NCBI GenBank assembly: GCA_964651725.1
Contig: CAZYYH010000001.1
Coordinates: 2,868-66,867 of the forward strand
Origin: an uncultured Halobacteriales archaeon
Lineage (GTDB): Archaea; Halobacteriota; Halobacteria; Halobacteriales; Halobacteriaceae
Length of the DNA: 64,000 nucleotides
Direction: 5' to 3'
How positions within the stretch are numbered: the first letter of the stretch is position 1; each line of letters opens with the position of its first letter. Shown in pieces: positions 45,117-56,157 of this stretch. Position numbers and translations under genes: made by a program. The notes under the pieces are model-generated. The model saw only the letters and a list, made by a program, of their open reading frames with translations, searched no databases and was not told the origin of the DNA.

Positions 45117-45481
45117 TGGTCGATGGGAAGGGAGGGCGTGGGAACGGCGAGGGTGAGTTCGAGCTCGTCGAGCACGGCGGTGACGGGCTCGTACGGGTCG
45201 GGCGCGACGTCGTAGGGCGCCGGGAGGACGACCTCGACGCGGTGGCGATCACAGTGCCAGCCGAACACGGGAAGGTCGTACTCGTCGGCCTCCTGGAGCG
45301 CGACGGCGAGCGCGTCGTCGGCGACGACCTCGATCGGGACGCGCGGCGTGCCGAGCGTGTGGAGCTGGCGCCCGCACCGCGGACACGTCTCGCCGCCGGT
45401 GTAGTCGTCGACCTCGGCGGGGGCGATGTGGACGCGCGGCGGGAGCCCGATCTCGCGGGCGTTCGGCGCGTCGAGGCTCAC
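45113..45481 (-). CDS. hypothetical protein (CPRCG motif)
   Basis: The GTG at 45481 overlaps the Dam-like stop (GTGA). 122 aa. The longer track ORF 45113..45856 overlaps the MTase gene out of frame. Confidence 0.5.
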   Translation of the reverse strand: MSLDAPNAREIGLPPRVHIAPAEVDDYTGGETCPRCGRQLHTLGTPRVPIEVVADDALAVALQEADEYDLPVFGWHCDRHRVEVVLPAPYDVAPDPYEPVTAVLDELELTLAVPTPSLPIDQ

Positions 45482-46377
45482 CGGCAGCCACCCCCATTTT
45501 GCGTGGCGGCGTTCCCGAGCGTCTGCTGTTCGGAGTGCTGGAACCGCGGAGTACCGTCCGGGTCGAACGTCAGCAGCAGCCTCTCCGGACACTCCTTCTC
45601 CTCGGTGTTCCCGCGTGAGAGGGAGGACGTGGTCGTCCGCTCGCGGACCGCCCACGAGTCCGGGTACGACGGCAGCTCTCCGTAGGAGATGATTGCCTCG
45701 CCCTCGATCTCGCCCAACCGCGAGATTAGCGCGGTGTGATTGATGTCGTGATTCGGGTAGTAGCCCTCGGACCGCACGCCCGGGTAGGGCGGGTCGACGT
45801 AGAACGCGGTCGTCTCGGAGTCGTAACGGTCGATGACCTCCCGCCAGTCCAGACACTCGATGGTGACGGCGTCGAAGCGCCGCGCGAACGCCACCAGCCG
45901 CGCCCGAGACCGGTGGTAGTTGCGCGCCTGCGAGTCGCAGGGGTAGCCGCGGGCGGACGTCGAGGTCGAGAACGAGTTGCGCTTGGTGAGATCGCCGTTG
46001 AAGCCGGCCTGGACGAGATACCAGTACCGGCCCGCGCGCACGACTGTGTCGGCGGCGCGCTCACCGGCGTGGTAGGCGTCCGCGAACTCCTCGTAGAGCG
46101 TCCGCGAGTACGGCGTGTGCTGGAGCCACTCCAGCAGCTCCTCGCGGTGGTCACGGAGCACGCGGAAGAACTCGACCAGGTCGTCGTCGACGTCGTTGTA
46201 GATCTCGTTGATGGACTCCGGTTTGTGGATGAGGACTGCTGCGGAGCCGCCGAACACCTCGACGTACGTGTTATGGTCGGGGAGGTGATCGATAATCCAC
46301 GGCGCGAGCCGGGCCTTCGCGCCCGGGTAGTTCATCACCGCCTTCCCCGGTTCGATGTCGAATTCAGTACCCGCCAT
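45478..46377 (-). CDS. Dam-type (D12 class) N6-adenine DNA methyltransferase
   Basis: 299 aa. Contains NYPGAKARLAPWI, YVEVFGGSAAV (SAM-binding) and FYVDPPYPG (the DPPY catalytic motif). Confidence 0.85.
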   Translation of the reverse strand: MAGTEFDIEPGKAVMNYPGAKARLAPWIIDHLPDHNTYVEVFGGSAAVLIHKPESINEIYNDVDDDLVEFFRVLRDHREELLEWLQHTPYSRTLYEEFADAYHAGERAADTVVRAGRYWYLVQAGFNGDLTKRNSFSTSTSARGYPCDSQARNYHRSRARLVAFARRFDAVTIECLDWREVIDRYDSETTAFYVDPPYPGVRSEGYYPNHDINHTALISRLGEIEGEAIISYGELPSYPDSWAVRERTTTSSLSRGNTEEKECPERLLLTFDPDGTPRFQHSEQQTLGNAATQNGGGCR

Positions 46378-46944
46378 CTACTCCACACCTCCGCCGGTCG
46401 CGACCGCTGCCTCGTCGTCGGCGTCGTCTGTGGCGCCGCCGCGGAGCTTCGAGAGCTTCCGGCTGGCGCTGTCGGGGAGGCGAGCCTCCGGGTCGCGGCG
46501 CCCGTGCTCCTCGACGAACGCCTCGTAGCGCTGCTCGGCGAGCTCGCGGAGCTCCGCAGGGGAGCGGTCCGGGAGGTTGCGATTGCCGACGTGGAGCAGT
46601 ACCTCGCGGCGGTCCTCCAGGAGCGTGACGACGTCGTCGCGCGGACACTCCTGCCGCCACGGCCAGGGGTCGCGACCGCGCTCGTGGAGCTCGGCGTCGG
46701 TGAGCGCGAGTTCGCCGAGTTTGCGCTCGGCGAGCAACCAGCCGTTCACGACGCCGAGCTCGTGAATCCCGCGGACGCGAGCGACGACGAGATTCCACAG
46801 CGTGTTCGTGGTGTGACCGGGGCCGCGCTCGTCGAGTGGGTGATCGAGGTAGCGGGCGGGATCCTCGCCGATCCGGTCGGCGATCCGGGCGAGGCGAGCG
46901 CGCGGACGCGTTCGGCTGCCGGACTGGCCGACAGCGGGCGTCAC
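46378..46944 (-). CDS. hypothetical protein
   Basis: The GTG at 46944 overlaps the upstream stop (GTGA). 188 aa. The N-terminal part of track ORF 46378..47286 is Arg/Pro-rich and looks like an artefact. Confidence 0.5.
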   Translation of the reverse strand: MTPAVGQSGSRTRPRARLARIADRIGEDPARYLDHPLDERGPGHTTNTLWNLVVARVRGIHELGVVNGWLLAERKLGELALTDAELHERGRDPWPWRQECPRDDVVTLLEDRREVLLHVGNRNLPDRSPAELRELAEQRYEAFVEEHGRRDPEARLPDSASRKLSKLRGGATDDADDEAAVATGGGVE

Positions 46945-47465
46945 GCGAACGCACCTCCGGCGAGGTGGCGGTCGTCGAGCAGATGAGTCCACGGGAGGTT
47001 CGCGATCGTGCCTTCGTCGCGGTCGACGGTGCTCCACCGGCCGTTCAGTCGGAGGTCGAGCAGCCGGGCCGGAACCACGAGTACGGCGAGCAGCGCGAGC
47101 TCGGCGTCGGGGCGCTCGTCGTAGACGGCGAGCAGGTAGACGCCGTCGGCCTCGACGAGCTTGGCGTGCTGGCCGTCGTCGCGGCCTTTCACGTACCAGC
47201 GGCCGGCCGCGGTGCGGTCGACGCCGTTCGAGACGCGGCGGCGCGCGGCCTTGATCTCGCCGACGGTGCCGGGTGCAACGACGCACTGGCTGGCGAGGCG
47301 CACGCCGGCCGCGGGGCCGAGCGTCTCGACGACCTCGACGTCGTGCCAGTGGTCGACGCCGTCGACGGGCTCGATCGCATCGACGCCGGCGACGACGTGA
47401 TCCTCGACGTCGAGGCCGAGGGCCTTGTTCGGCGCGAGATCGTCGCGGTCGTCAGTGCGGCTCAC
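46941..47465 (-). CDS. hypothetical protein
   Basis: 174-aa acidic ORF, coupled to its neighbours. Confidence 0.6.
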   Translation of the reverse strand: MSRTDDRDDLAPNKALGLDVEDHVVAGVDAIEPVDGVDHWHDVEVVETLGPAAGVRLASQCVVAPGTVGEIKAARRRVSNGVDRTAAGRWYVKGRDDGQHAKLVEADGVYLLAVYDERPDAELALLAVLVVPARLLDLRLNGRWSTVDRDEGTIANLPWTHLLDDRHLAGGAFA

Positions 47466-47725
47466 TGCTCGTCACCTCTCGCGCCGGGCGCGTTCTCGGA
47501 GAGCGGCACGCAGTACGAGCACGGCTGGAGCCAGCGGCGCTGTGCGCCCTCCCGCGTGGTTTCCTCGATTGCGACGTGGCGCTGGAGGAACGAGCACTCC
47601 TCGTCGTCGTGGTAGGAGGTGGCGCTGTTCCCGACGCCGCGGGCGCGACCGTGGTAGACGCGGTCGTCGGGGGCGCCGGGGTCGAACTGTTGGCGAGCGA
47701 GGCGTTCCTCGCGCGGGACGCTCAT
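47462..47725 (-). CDS. hypothetical small Cys-containing protein
   Basis: 87 aa. YHDDEECSFLQRH...PCSYC is similar in pattern to 5005..5298. Confidence 0.55.
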   Translation of the reverse strand: MSVPREERLARQQFDPGAPDDRVYHGRARGVGNSATSYHDDEECSFLQRHVAIEETTREGAQRRWLQPCSYCVPLSENAPGARGDEQ

Positions 47726-48051
47726 GCGCGATCACCTCGCAGGCGCCCGCCGTCGGCGGCGAGAATGGGTTCGGACTCGGTCGAGCGAGCGGTCGGAGGT
47801 GAGCCTGGCCGGTCGGACTCGGTGAACGTGGGGCTGGCGTGGTCGGCGCGGATCTCACCGAGCGGAGTGAGCCCGAAGTCCTCCGGTGAATGCTCCTCGT
47901 AGAAGTGCTGGCTCGTCTTGCAGGGGCCGGTGAGGTCGGCTTGGCAGTCAGGAAGCGGGCAGTAGCGGAGGCCGAGGCACTCGCGGCCCTCCGGCTGGTG
48001 GTCGACGAGCGGGCGGTCCGCGTCGTCGATGCTCGGCAGGGGCCGCATCAC
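47722..48051 (-). CDS. hypothetical small protein (Cys cluster)
   Basis: 109 aa. It is the first gene of the leftward operon, about 100 bp from the tRNA. Confidence 0.55.
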   Translation of the reverse strand: MMRPLPSIDDADRPLVDHQPEGRECLGLRYCPLPDCQADLTGPCKTSQHFYEEHSPEDFGLTPLGEIRADHASPTFTESDRPGSPPTARSTESEPILAADGGRLRGDRA

Positions 48052-48155
48052 GCGCCACCTCCAAGTGAATCAGGGTTTAGTCCACGCTGTGGAAGGAGTG
48101 ATTTTGCGTGGCAGACGCTAAGGTGCCAGGTGTCGAAAACCTGTAAAACGTTTGA

Positions 48156-48228
48156 TGGGACCGCTGAGATTCGAACTCAGGTCCGACGCACCCCATGCGC
48201 CGAGGATACCAAGCTACCCCACGGTCCC
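48156..48228 (-). tRNA. tRNA-Pro: tRNA-Pro (anticodon GGG)
   Basis: I folded the reverse complement GGGACCGTGGGGTAGCTTGGTATCCTCGGCGCATGGGGTGCGTCGGACCTGAGTTCGAATCTCAGCGGTCCCA by hand. The acceptor stem is GGGACCG/CGGTCCC. The D-arm has A14, G18G19 and A21. The anticodon stem is GGCGC/GCGTC with loop A-U-GGG-G-U. The T-arm is CTGAG-TTCGAAT-CTCAG, and the discriminator is A. No CCA is encoded. Confidence 0.9.
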
Positions 48229-48405
48229 GCGTTCGGACGAATGCGTGACCGCGAGTTAAGGGCTTCGCTTCGGCGGCCGGCGACGGTGGAGCAGGTCGGC
48301 GTCGGCCGACGCGACCGCCCGGCCCTGGTGGTCGAACGTCGGTCTCGGCGCTCCCGGTCGCGGGTCGTCCGAGTGTTTATGCGCGAGGCCGCCGGTTTCT
48401 GCCAC

Positions 48406-48897
48406 ATGGCGGTCTACGAGACGGAGATCCCGGGGGTGGGTCGGCGGTTCGAGGTGGAACTCGACGGCGGGGAGCGGGCGGTGGTGGTCGTCCACCACGA
48501 CGGCAAGCGGGAGGTGTTCCGGCGGCCGTCGGCGGGCGCGGACAGCGAGCGGGTGTTCGCACTGTCGGGCGAGCAGGCGCGACAGCTCGGCTCCATCCTC
48601 GGCGGCGCGTACTTCCAGCCGGTCGAGGTGGACGAGACGCGGGTGCCGCTCGGCGACGCCATCATCGAGTGGGTGACGGTCGGCGAGGGGTCGCCGGTGG
48701 CGGGCCGGAGCCTCGGGGAGTCGGGCGTGCGTGCGGAGACGGGCGTCTCGGTGCTCGCGGTCCAGCGCGGCGAGGAGACGGTGTCGAACCCGAAGCCCGA
48801 GTTCGAGCCGGAGCCGGGCGACGTGCTGGTCGCGCTCGGGACGCGTTCGGAGCACGCGGCGCTCGCGGAGCTGGTGGCGGGCGACGGGTCAGCGTAG
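48406..48897 (+). CDS. TrkA-C/RCK-C domain regulatory subunit of a cation:proton antiporter (KhtT-like)
   Basis: The internal ATG gives MAVYETEIPGVGRRFEVELDGGERAVVVVHHDGKREVF...IEWVTVGEGSPVAGRSLGESGVRAETGVSVLAVQRGEE, 163 aa, immediately upstream of the antiporter gene. Confidence 0.8.
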   Translation: MAVYETEIPGVGRRFEVELDGGERAVVVVHHDGKREVFRRPSAGADSERVFALSGEQARQLGSILGGAYFQPVEVDETRVPLGDAIIEWVTVGEGSPVAGRSLGESGVRAETGVSVLAVQRGEETVSNPKPEFEPEPGDVLVALGTRSEHAALAELVAGDGSA

Positions 48898-48899
48898 CG

Positions 48900-50093
48900 A
48901 TGGCGGGCGAACTGCTCGTGGAGGTCGGGATAGCGCTGACGGCGCTCGCGGTGGCGGGTGCGGCGGCGGACCGGCTGGGGCTGTCGGTCATCCCGGCGTA
49001 CATCGTCGCGGGCATCCTCGTCGGGCCGAACGTGCCGGTGTCGCTCGGCGGGCTGTCGACGGCGCTGGTGCAGGGTGGCGAGTTCATCGACGTGGTGGCG
49101 GAACTCGGCATCGTGCTCCTCCTCTTCTTCCTCGGGGTGGAGTTCAGCCCGGAGCGGCTGCTCGCGCAGCCCCGCCGGCTGCTGGGCGCGGGCGCGCTCG
49201 ACTTCGTCGTGAACTTCGGCGCGGGACTGGCGCTCGGGTTCGCGTTCGGGCTGTCGGCGCTCGGCGCGGTGTTCGTCGGCGGTATCGTCTACATCTCGTC
49301 GAGCGCGGTCATCACGAAGGCGCTCGTGGACGAGGGCTGGATCGCGGACCCGGAGAGCGACGTGATCTTCGGCGTGCTCGTCATCGAGGACGTGGTGATC
49401 GCGGTGTACCTGGCGCTGCTCTCGGCGGTCGCGCTCGGCGGCGACCTGGCGTCGGCGGCGACCTCCATCGGGGTCGCCGTGGCGGTCCTCGCGGCCCTCT
49501 CCCTGGTGGCGTGGTACGGGACGGCGTGGGTGGGGCGCGCGTTCACGACGGACTCGGACGAACTGTTCCTGCTGCGGGTGGTCGGCGTGACGACGCTCGT
49601 CGCGGGGCTGGCGCTGACCGGCGGCGTGAGCGAGGCGGTCGCGGCCTTCTTCGTCGGGAGCGCGTTCAGTGCGACCGACCACGCGGAGCGCGTCCAGCGC
49701 GTCGTCGCGCCGACCCGCGACCTGTTCGCGGCGGTGTTCTTCTTCGCGGTCGGCCTCGGCACGAGCCTCGGAGCGGTCGCGGGCGTCCTTGACCTGCTCG
49801 CGGCGGCCGTGGTCGTGACCACCGTGGCGCAGCTCTTCAGCGGCACCGTCTCGGGGCGGGCGTGGGGCCTGGACGCCCGGCGGTCGCTCCGCGTGGGCGT
49901 CGGGCTGGTGGCGCGCGGCGAGTTCTCGCTGGTGCTCGCGGCGCTCGCGGCGACGGTCGGCGGTGAGGTCGGCGCGGTGGTGCCGGCGTTCGCGGTCGGC
50001 TACGTGCTGGCGATGAGCGTGCTCGGGACGACGCTCATCTCGTCGGCGGATCCGCTTCTGGAGCGGGTGGCAGCGCGGTGGGAGTCCGCGTGA
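48900..50093 (+). CDS. cation:proton antiporter (CPA2/Kef-type membrane subunit)
   Basis: ATG at 48900, 397 aa, about 11-12 TM helices. Contains IPAYIVAGILVGPN...LGIVLLLFFLGVEF, a typical Na+/H+-exchanger family N-terminus. Confidence 0.85.
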   Translation: MAGELLVEVGIALTALAVAGAAADRLGLSVIPAYIVAGILVGPNVPVSLGGLSTALVQGGEFIDVVAELGIVLLLFFLGVEFSPERLLAQPRRLLGAGALDFVVNFGAGLALGFAFGLSALGAVFVGGIVYISSSAVITKALVDEGWIADPESDVIFGVLVIEDVVIAVYLALLSAVALGGDLASAATSIGVAVAVLAALSLVAWYGTAWVGRAFTTDSDELFLLRVVGVTTLVAGLALTGGVSEAVAAFFVGSAFSATDHAERVQRVVAPTRDLFAAVFFFAVGLGTSLGAVAGVLDLLAAAVVVTTVAQLFSGTVSGRAWGLDARRSLRVGVGLVARGEFSLVLAALAATVGGEVGAVVPAFAVGYVLAMSVLGTTLISSADPLLERVAARWESA

Positions 50094-50153
50094 CGCCGGG
50101 GCGGTTCGGGCGGTCCCGGCGGGTGAGACGGTCGCATTCGCCGGAACGCATTA

Positions 50154-51779
50154 GTGCGCGCCCCGCTAACCCCCGCGCGTATGAGCCCGGACCGGGCCGT
50201 CCTGCGCCGAGCTATCGACGAGGGCGAGCGGGACGGCGGGAACGTGGAGTTCAAGGAACGGCTCACGAAGGACGTCCACCTGGCGGACGGGCGGCTGGAG
50301 AGCCTGGTCGCACAGCTCCGGCATCGCGTGCTGTCCGGCGACGGGGAGGCGATGTACGTCGTCGGCGTCACGGACGACGGCGGCATCGCCGGCGTCGCCC
50401 ACGACGCGTTCTCGGAGTCGATGGACGTGCTGAGCCTGATCGCGGAGGACGCGGGCGCGCACATCGACGAGGTGCAGACGTGGGGGACGGAGGACGGCGG
50501 CCTCGTCGGCGTCGCCACCGTCCGCGAGGGCGCGGCGCTCGACGCGGACGACGACCACATCATCGTCGGGACGGCGGGCCACGTCGACCACGGCAAGTCG
50601 ACGCTCGTCGGGTCGCTCGTGACCGGCCACCCCGACGACGGCGAGGGCGGCACCCGGGGCTACCTCGACGTGCAGCCCCACGAGGTCGAGCGCGGCCTCT
50701 CCGCCGACCTCTCCTACGGCGTCTACGGCTTCGACGACGACGGGCCGGTACGGATGGACAACCCCCACCGCAAGTCCGACCGGGCGAGCGTCGTGGAGCG
50801 CGCGGAGCGCATCGTCTCGTTCGTGGACACGGTCGGCCACGAGCCGTGGCTTCGCACGACCATCCGCGGGCTGGTCGGGCAGAAGCTGGATTACGGCCTG
50901 CTCACCATCGCGGCGGACGACGGCCCGACGAAGACGACCCGCGAGCATCTCGGCGTGCTGCTGGCGACCGACCTCCCCACTGTCGTCGCCATCACGAAGG
51001 CCGACCTCGTGGACGAGGACCGACTCGCCGACCTCGAACGCGAGGTTGGGCGGCTGCTCCGCGACGTCGGGCGCACGCCGCTCCCGGTCGAGCGCTACGG
51101 CGTCGACGCCGCCGTCGAGGAGATCAGCGACACCGTCGTCCCGGTCGTCCGCACGAGCGCGGTGACGATGGACGGACTGGACGCGCTCGACGAGCTGTTC
51201 GAGCGCCTGCCGAAGACGACCGCCGCCTCCGGCGACTTCCGGATGTACATCGACCGCACGTACAAGGTCACGGGCGTCGGCGCGGTCGCCTCCGGCACCA
51301 TCAAGTCCGGCACGGTGGAGGCGGGCGACGACCTCCTGCTCGGGCCGATGCCGGACGGCAGCTTCCGCGAGGTCGAGGTGCGCTCCATCGAGATGCACTA
51401 CCACCGCGTCGACCGCGCGGAGGCCGGGCGCATCGTCGGTATCGCGCTGAAGGGCGTCCGCGAGGCCGACGTGGAGCGCGGCATGGTGCTCCTGCCGGCG
51501 GACGCCGACCCGACGCCGGTGCGGGAGTTCGAGGCCGAGGTCATGGTCCTCAACCACCCCACCCGCATCGACTCCGGCTACGAGCCGGTCGTCCACGTCG
51601 AGACGGTGAGCGAGGCCGCGCGATTCGACCCGCACGACGGCCAGCTGCTGCCGGGCGACACCGGCACCGCGACCGTCCGGTTCAAGTTCCGGCCGTACCT
51701 CCTCGAGGAGGGCCAGCGGTTCGTGTTCCGCGAGGGACAGAGCAAGGGCGTCGGCACCGTCACCCGCACGCTCGACTGA
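50154..51779 (+). CDS. GTPBP1-family translational-type GTPase
   Basis: G1 is GHVDHGKST, G3 is DTVGHE and G4 is TKAD. EF-Tu-like beta-barrel domains follow. An alternative ATG at 50181 (MSPDRAVL...) is plausible. Confidence 0.85.
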   Translation: MRAPLTPARMSPDRAVLRRAIDEGERDGGNVEFKERLTKDVHLADGRLESLVAQLRHRVLSGDGEAMYVVGVTDDGGIAGVAHDAFSESMDVLSLIAEDAGAHIDEVQTWGTEDGGLVGVATVREGAALDADDDHIIVGTAGHVDHGKSTLVGSLVTGHPDDGEGGTRGYLDVQPHEVERGLSADLSYGVYGFDDDGPVRMDNPHRKSDRASVVERAERIVSFVDTVGHEPWLRTTIRGLVGQKLDYGLLTIAADDGPTKTTREHLGVLLATDLPTVVAITKADLVDEDRLADLEREVGRLLRDVGRTPLPVERYGVDAAVEEISDTVVPVVRTSAVTMDGLDALDELFERLPKTTAASGDFRMYIDRTYKVTGVGAVASGTIKSGTVEAGDDLLLGPMPDGSFREVEVRSIEMHYHRVDRAEAGRIVGIALKGVREADVERGMVLLPADADPTPVREFEAEVMVLNHPTRIDSGYEPVVHVETVSEAARFDPHDGQLLPGDTGTATVRFKFRPYLLEEGQRFVFREGQSKGVGTVTRTLD

Positions 51780-51922
51780 CAGCTCTCGCTTCGGCGACCA
51801 GACGCCGACGACGCCGTCTGATCCGGTAGCGGGACCTGATTGGCCGCTCTCGCCCCGTCGAAGGGGACGGCGGGGCGTAGCCAGGGGAACGGTTTTGCCC
51901 GTGCGGTGACAAGCCGGGGGCG

Positions 51923-54028
<2,106 letters not shown>

Positions 54029-54337
54029 GCGAGCGTGAAGCGCCCCCAGCTTTAGTTAGCGAAACCCCTGCCGACACCGCTTCGATTGCCTGCGGCGACG
54101 GGAACGGGCTAGCTGCTGCTCCCAAACATGAGAACCGCAGCCACGTCCTCCCCAGCCGACTCGTGACTCCCTCACTTCGTTCGGTCGTCACTCGTCCCTC
54201 GCGCGGTCGCTCGCTTCGCTCGCTCCGCGCGCGCCAGCGACGACAGTTCGATTGGAGCAGTTACGACTGTATCAGTCGCGGCTAGAACAATCGTGGTGAG
54301 CGACACGGCTTTGTGTGGACGCGACGACCGTCGGGCC

Positions 54338-54958
54338 ATGAGCGAGGCAGAGGATGGAGACGCCTACACCGTCGAGATTCTCCTCTTCGACGGGTTCGAC
54401 GAGCTGGACGGGGTCGGCCCCTACGAGGTGTTCGAGACGGCGGGGTCCGATGTGGGACCGAGCGCACCGGTGTCGGCGTCGATGGTGACGCTGGAGCCGA
54501 CGGAGACGGTGACGGCGAGCCACGGGCTGGAGCTCGTGCCGGACGGCACGCTCGGCGACCCGGACCTGCTGGTGGTCCCGGGCGGCGGCTGGCAGGGCGG
54601 CGGGGGCGTCCGGCGCGAGGTCGAGGAGGGGTCGATTCCGGAGGCCGTCGCGGACGCGCACGAGCGCGGGATGGACGTTGCGTCGGTCTGCACGGGCGCG
54701 ATGCTGCTGGCGGCGGCGGACGTGCTCGACGGGCGGCCGGCGGTCACCCACCGCTCGGCGCTCGACGACCTCGACGCGGTCGCGGAGGTGGTGGACGCTC
54801 GCGTCGTGGACGACGCCGACGTGGTGACGGCGGGCGGCGTCACGTCGGGTATCGACGTGGCGCTCTGGCTGCTGGAGCGCGAGTTCGGTCAGGACGTGGC
54901 TGATGCAGTGGCGGCGAACATGGAGTACGAGCGTCGTGGAGAGATTCACCGGGCGTGA
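54338..54958 (+). CDS. DJ-1/PfpI family protein
   Basis: From the ATG at 54338. Contains ILLFDGFDELDGVGPYEVF, SVCTGAMLLAAADVLDG (nucleophile-elbow Cys) and VVTAGGVTSGIDVALWLL. Confidence 0.85.
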   Translation: MSEAEDGDAYTVEILLFDGFDELDGVGPYEVFETAGSDVGPSAPVSASMVTLEPTETVTASHGLELVPDGTLGDPDLLVVPGGGWQGGGGVRREVEEGSIPEAVADAHERGMDVASVCTGAMLLAAADVLDGRPAVTHRSALDDLDAVAEVVDARVVDDADVVTAGGVTSGIDVALWLLEREFGQDVADAVAANMEYERRGEIHRA

Positions 54959-55027
54959 CCGGCCAGTTGCGACGCCCTCGCGCGAGCGGGCGTCAGCTTC
55001 TTTCCCGGCTGTCCCGTTCGTCCGTGC

Positions 55028-55693
55028 ATGAGCGACGTGCGAGCCGTCATCTTCGACATGGACGGCGTCATCGTGGACTCGGAGCGCTACTGGGAAGGCG
55101 TGATGGAGGAGGTCATCGAGGAGGCCGTCGAGGACCCGGGCGTGACGCCCGCGGACCTCACGGGCGTGAACGTCCTCGACCAGTACGAGATGCTGGCGGA
55201 ACGCGACGCCGTCTCCGGCTCCCGAGAGGACTACTTCGACCTCTACGACCGCAAGGCCGAGTCCATCTACACCGAGCGCGCGGCGCTGATGGACGGCTTC
55301 CACGATCTGCTCGACGCGCTCCGCGACCGCGGGCTGGGCGTCGCGGTGTCCACGTCGTCGTTCCCGGAGTGGATCGAGATGGCGTTCGACCGGTTCGACC
55401 TCGACGGGCGGTTCGACGCCGTGGTGTCCGCCGCGGAACTCGACGTACCCGGGAAGCCGGAGCCGGACATCTACGAGCGCGTCGCCGACCGGCTCGACAT
55501 CGACCCGTCCGAGGCGGTGGTCGTCGAGGACTCGGAGAGCGGCGCGACGGCCGCTCACCGGGCGGGAGCCTACGTCGTCGGCTACCAGCCCGACCCCGAC
55601 TCCGCGCAGGACCTCTCCGTCGCGGACGAGGCGGTCAGGGGTCCGGAGGAACTCCGCGAGCGCCTGCTCGCTGTGGTCGGCGACGCGGCGTGA
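55028..55693 (+). CDS. HAD-superfamily hydrolase
   Basis: IFDMDGVIVDSE is the DxDG motif I, VSTSS is motif II, and KPEPDIY...VEDSESG are motifs III/IV. Confidence 0.85.
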   Translation: MSDVRAVIFDMDGVIVDSERYWEGVMEEVIEEAVEDPGVTPADLTGVNVLDQYEMLAERDAVSGSREDYFDLYDRKAESIYTERAALMDGFHDLLDALRDRGLGVAVSTSSFPEWIEMAFDRFDLDGRFDAVVSAAELDVPGKPEPDIYERVADRLDIDPSEAVVVEDSESGATAAHRAGAYVVGYQPDPDSAQDLSVADEAVRGPEELRERLLAVVGDAA

Positions 55694-55760
55694 CGGCCAT
55701 CGACGGGTTAATTACTTGGCCATACAGTATAAGTGTTGATAGCTCGAACGGCCGACAGTC

Positions 55761-56138
55761 ATGTCCACCGCGGCCGCCGAGGACCTCGCGGCGTTCCTCC
55801 ACGAGCGCGTCGGCGACAACCTCCGGAGCGTCGCCTACTACCACGCCGACGAGTACGAAGTCGTCTACCTCCGGGACGACGTGGCCGACCAGTACTCCTC
55901 GGACGACCACGAGCACATCGCCCGGGACGTTCGCCTCGAGAACGTCACGAAGGCCCAGCAGGAGGACCTCTACGTTCACGGGCGGCTCCAGTGCACCGTC
56001 AGGGCGTTCGACGACGCGGTCGAGATGCACTTCCCCTTCGACGACACGTCGGGCGTGACGGTCGCGCTCGACGCGGAGGCGCTGACCGCCCACCGCACGT
56101 TCGTCGGTCGATGCCTCGAGATCGCGGGCGTGACGTAG
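55761..56138 (+). CDS. conserved haloarchaeal hypothetical protein
   Basis: 125-aa acidic ORF with good codon bias. Confidence 0.6.
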   Translation: MSTAAAEDLAAFLHERVGDNLRSVAYYHADEYEVVYLRDDVADQYSSDDHEHIARDVRLENVTKAQQEDLYVHGRLQCTVRAFDDAVEMHFPFDDTSGVTVALDAEALTAHRTFVGRCLEIAGVT

Positions 56139-56157
56139 CGGGTCGACTCCGGGAGCG

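Larger units (their letters stand above)
3786..48168. mobile_element. integrated virus/plasmid-like element (~44 kb) in tRNA-Pro(GGG)
   Basis: 13-bp direct repeats sit at both ends, and one of them is the tRNA 3' end. A tyrosine integrase lies at the distal end. The interior holds virion/vesicle-like, Rep-like and methyltransferase modules plus low-GC cargo islands. Confidence 0.8.
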
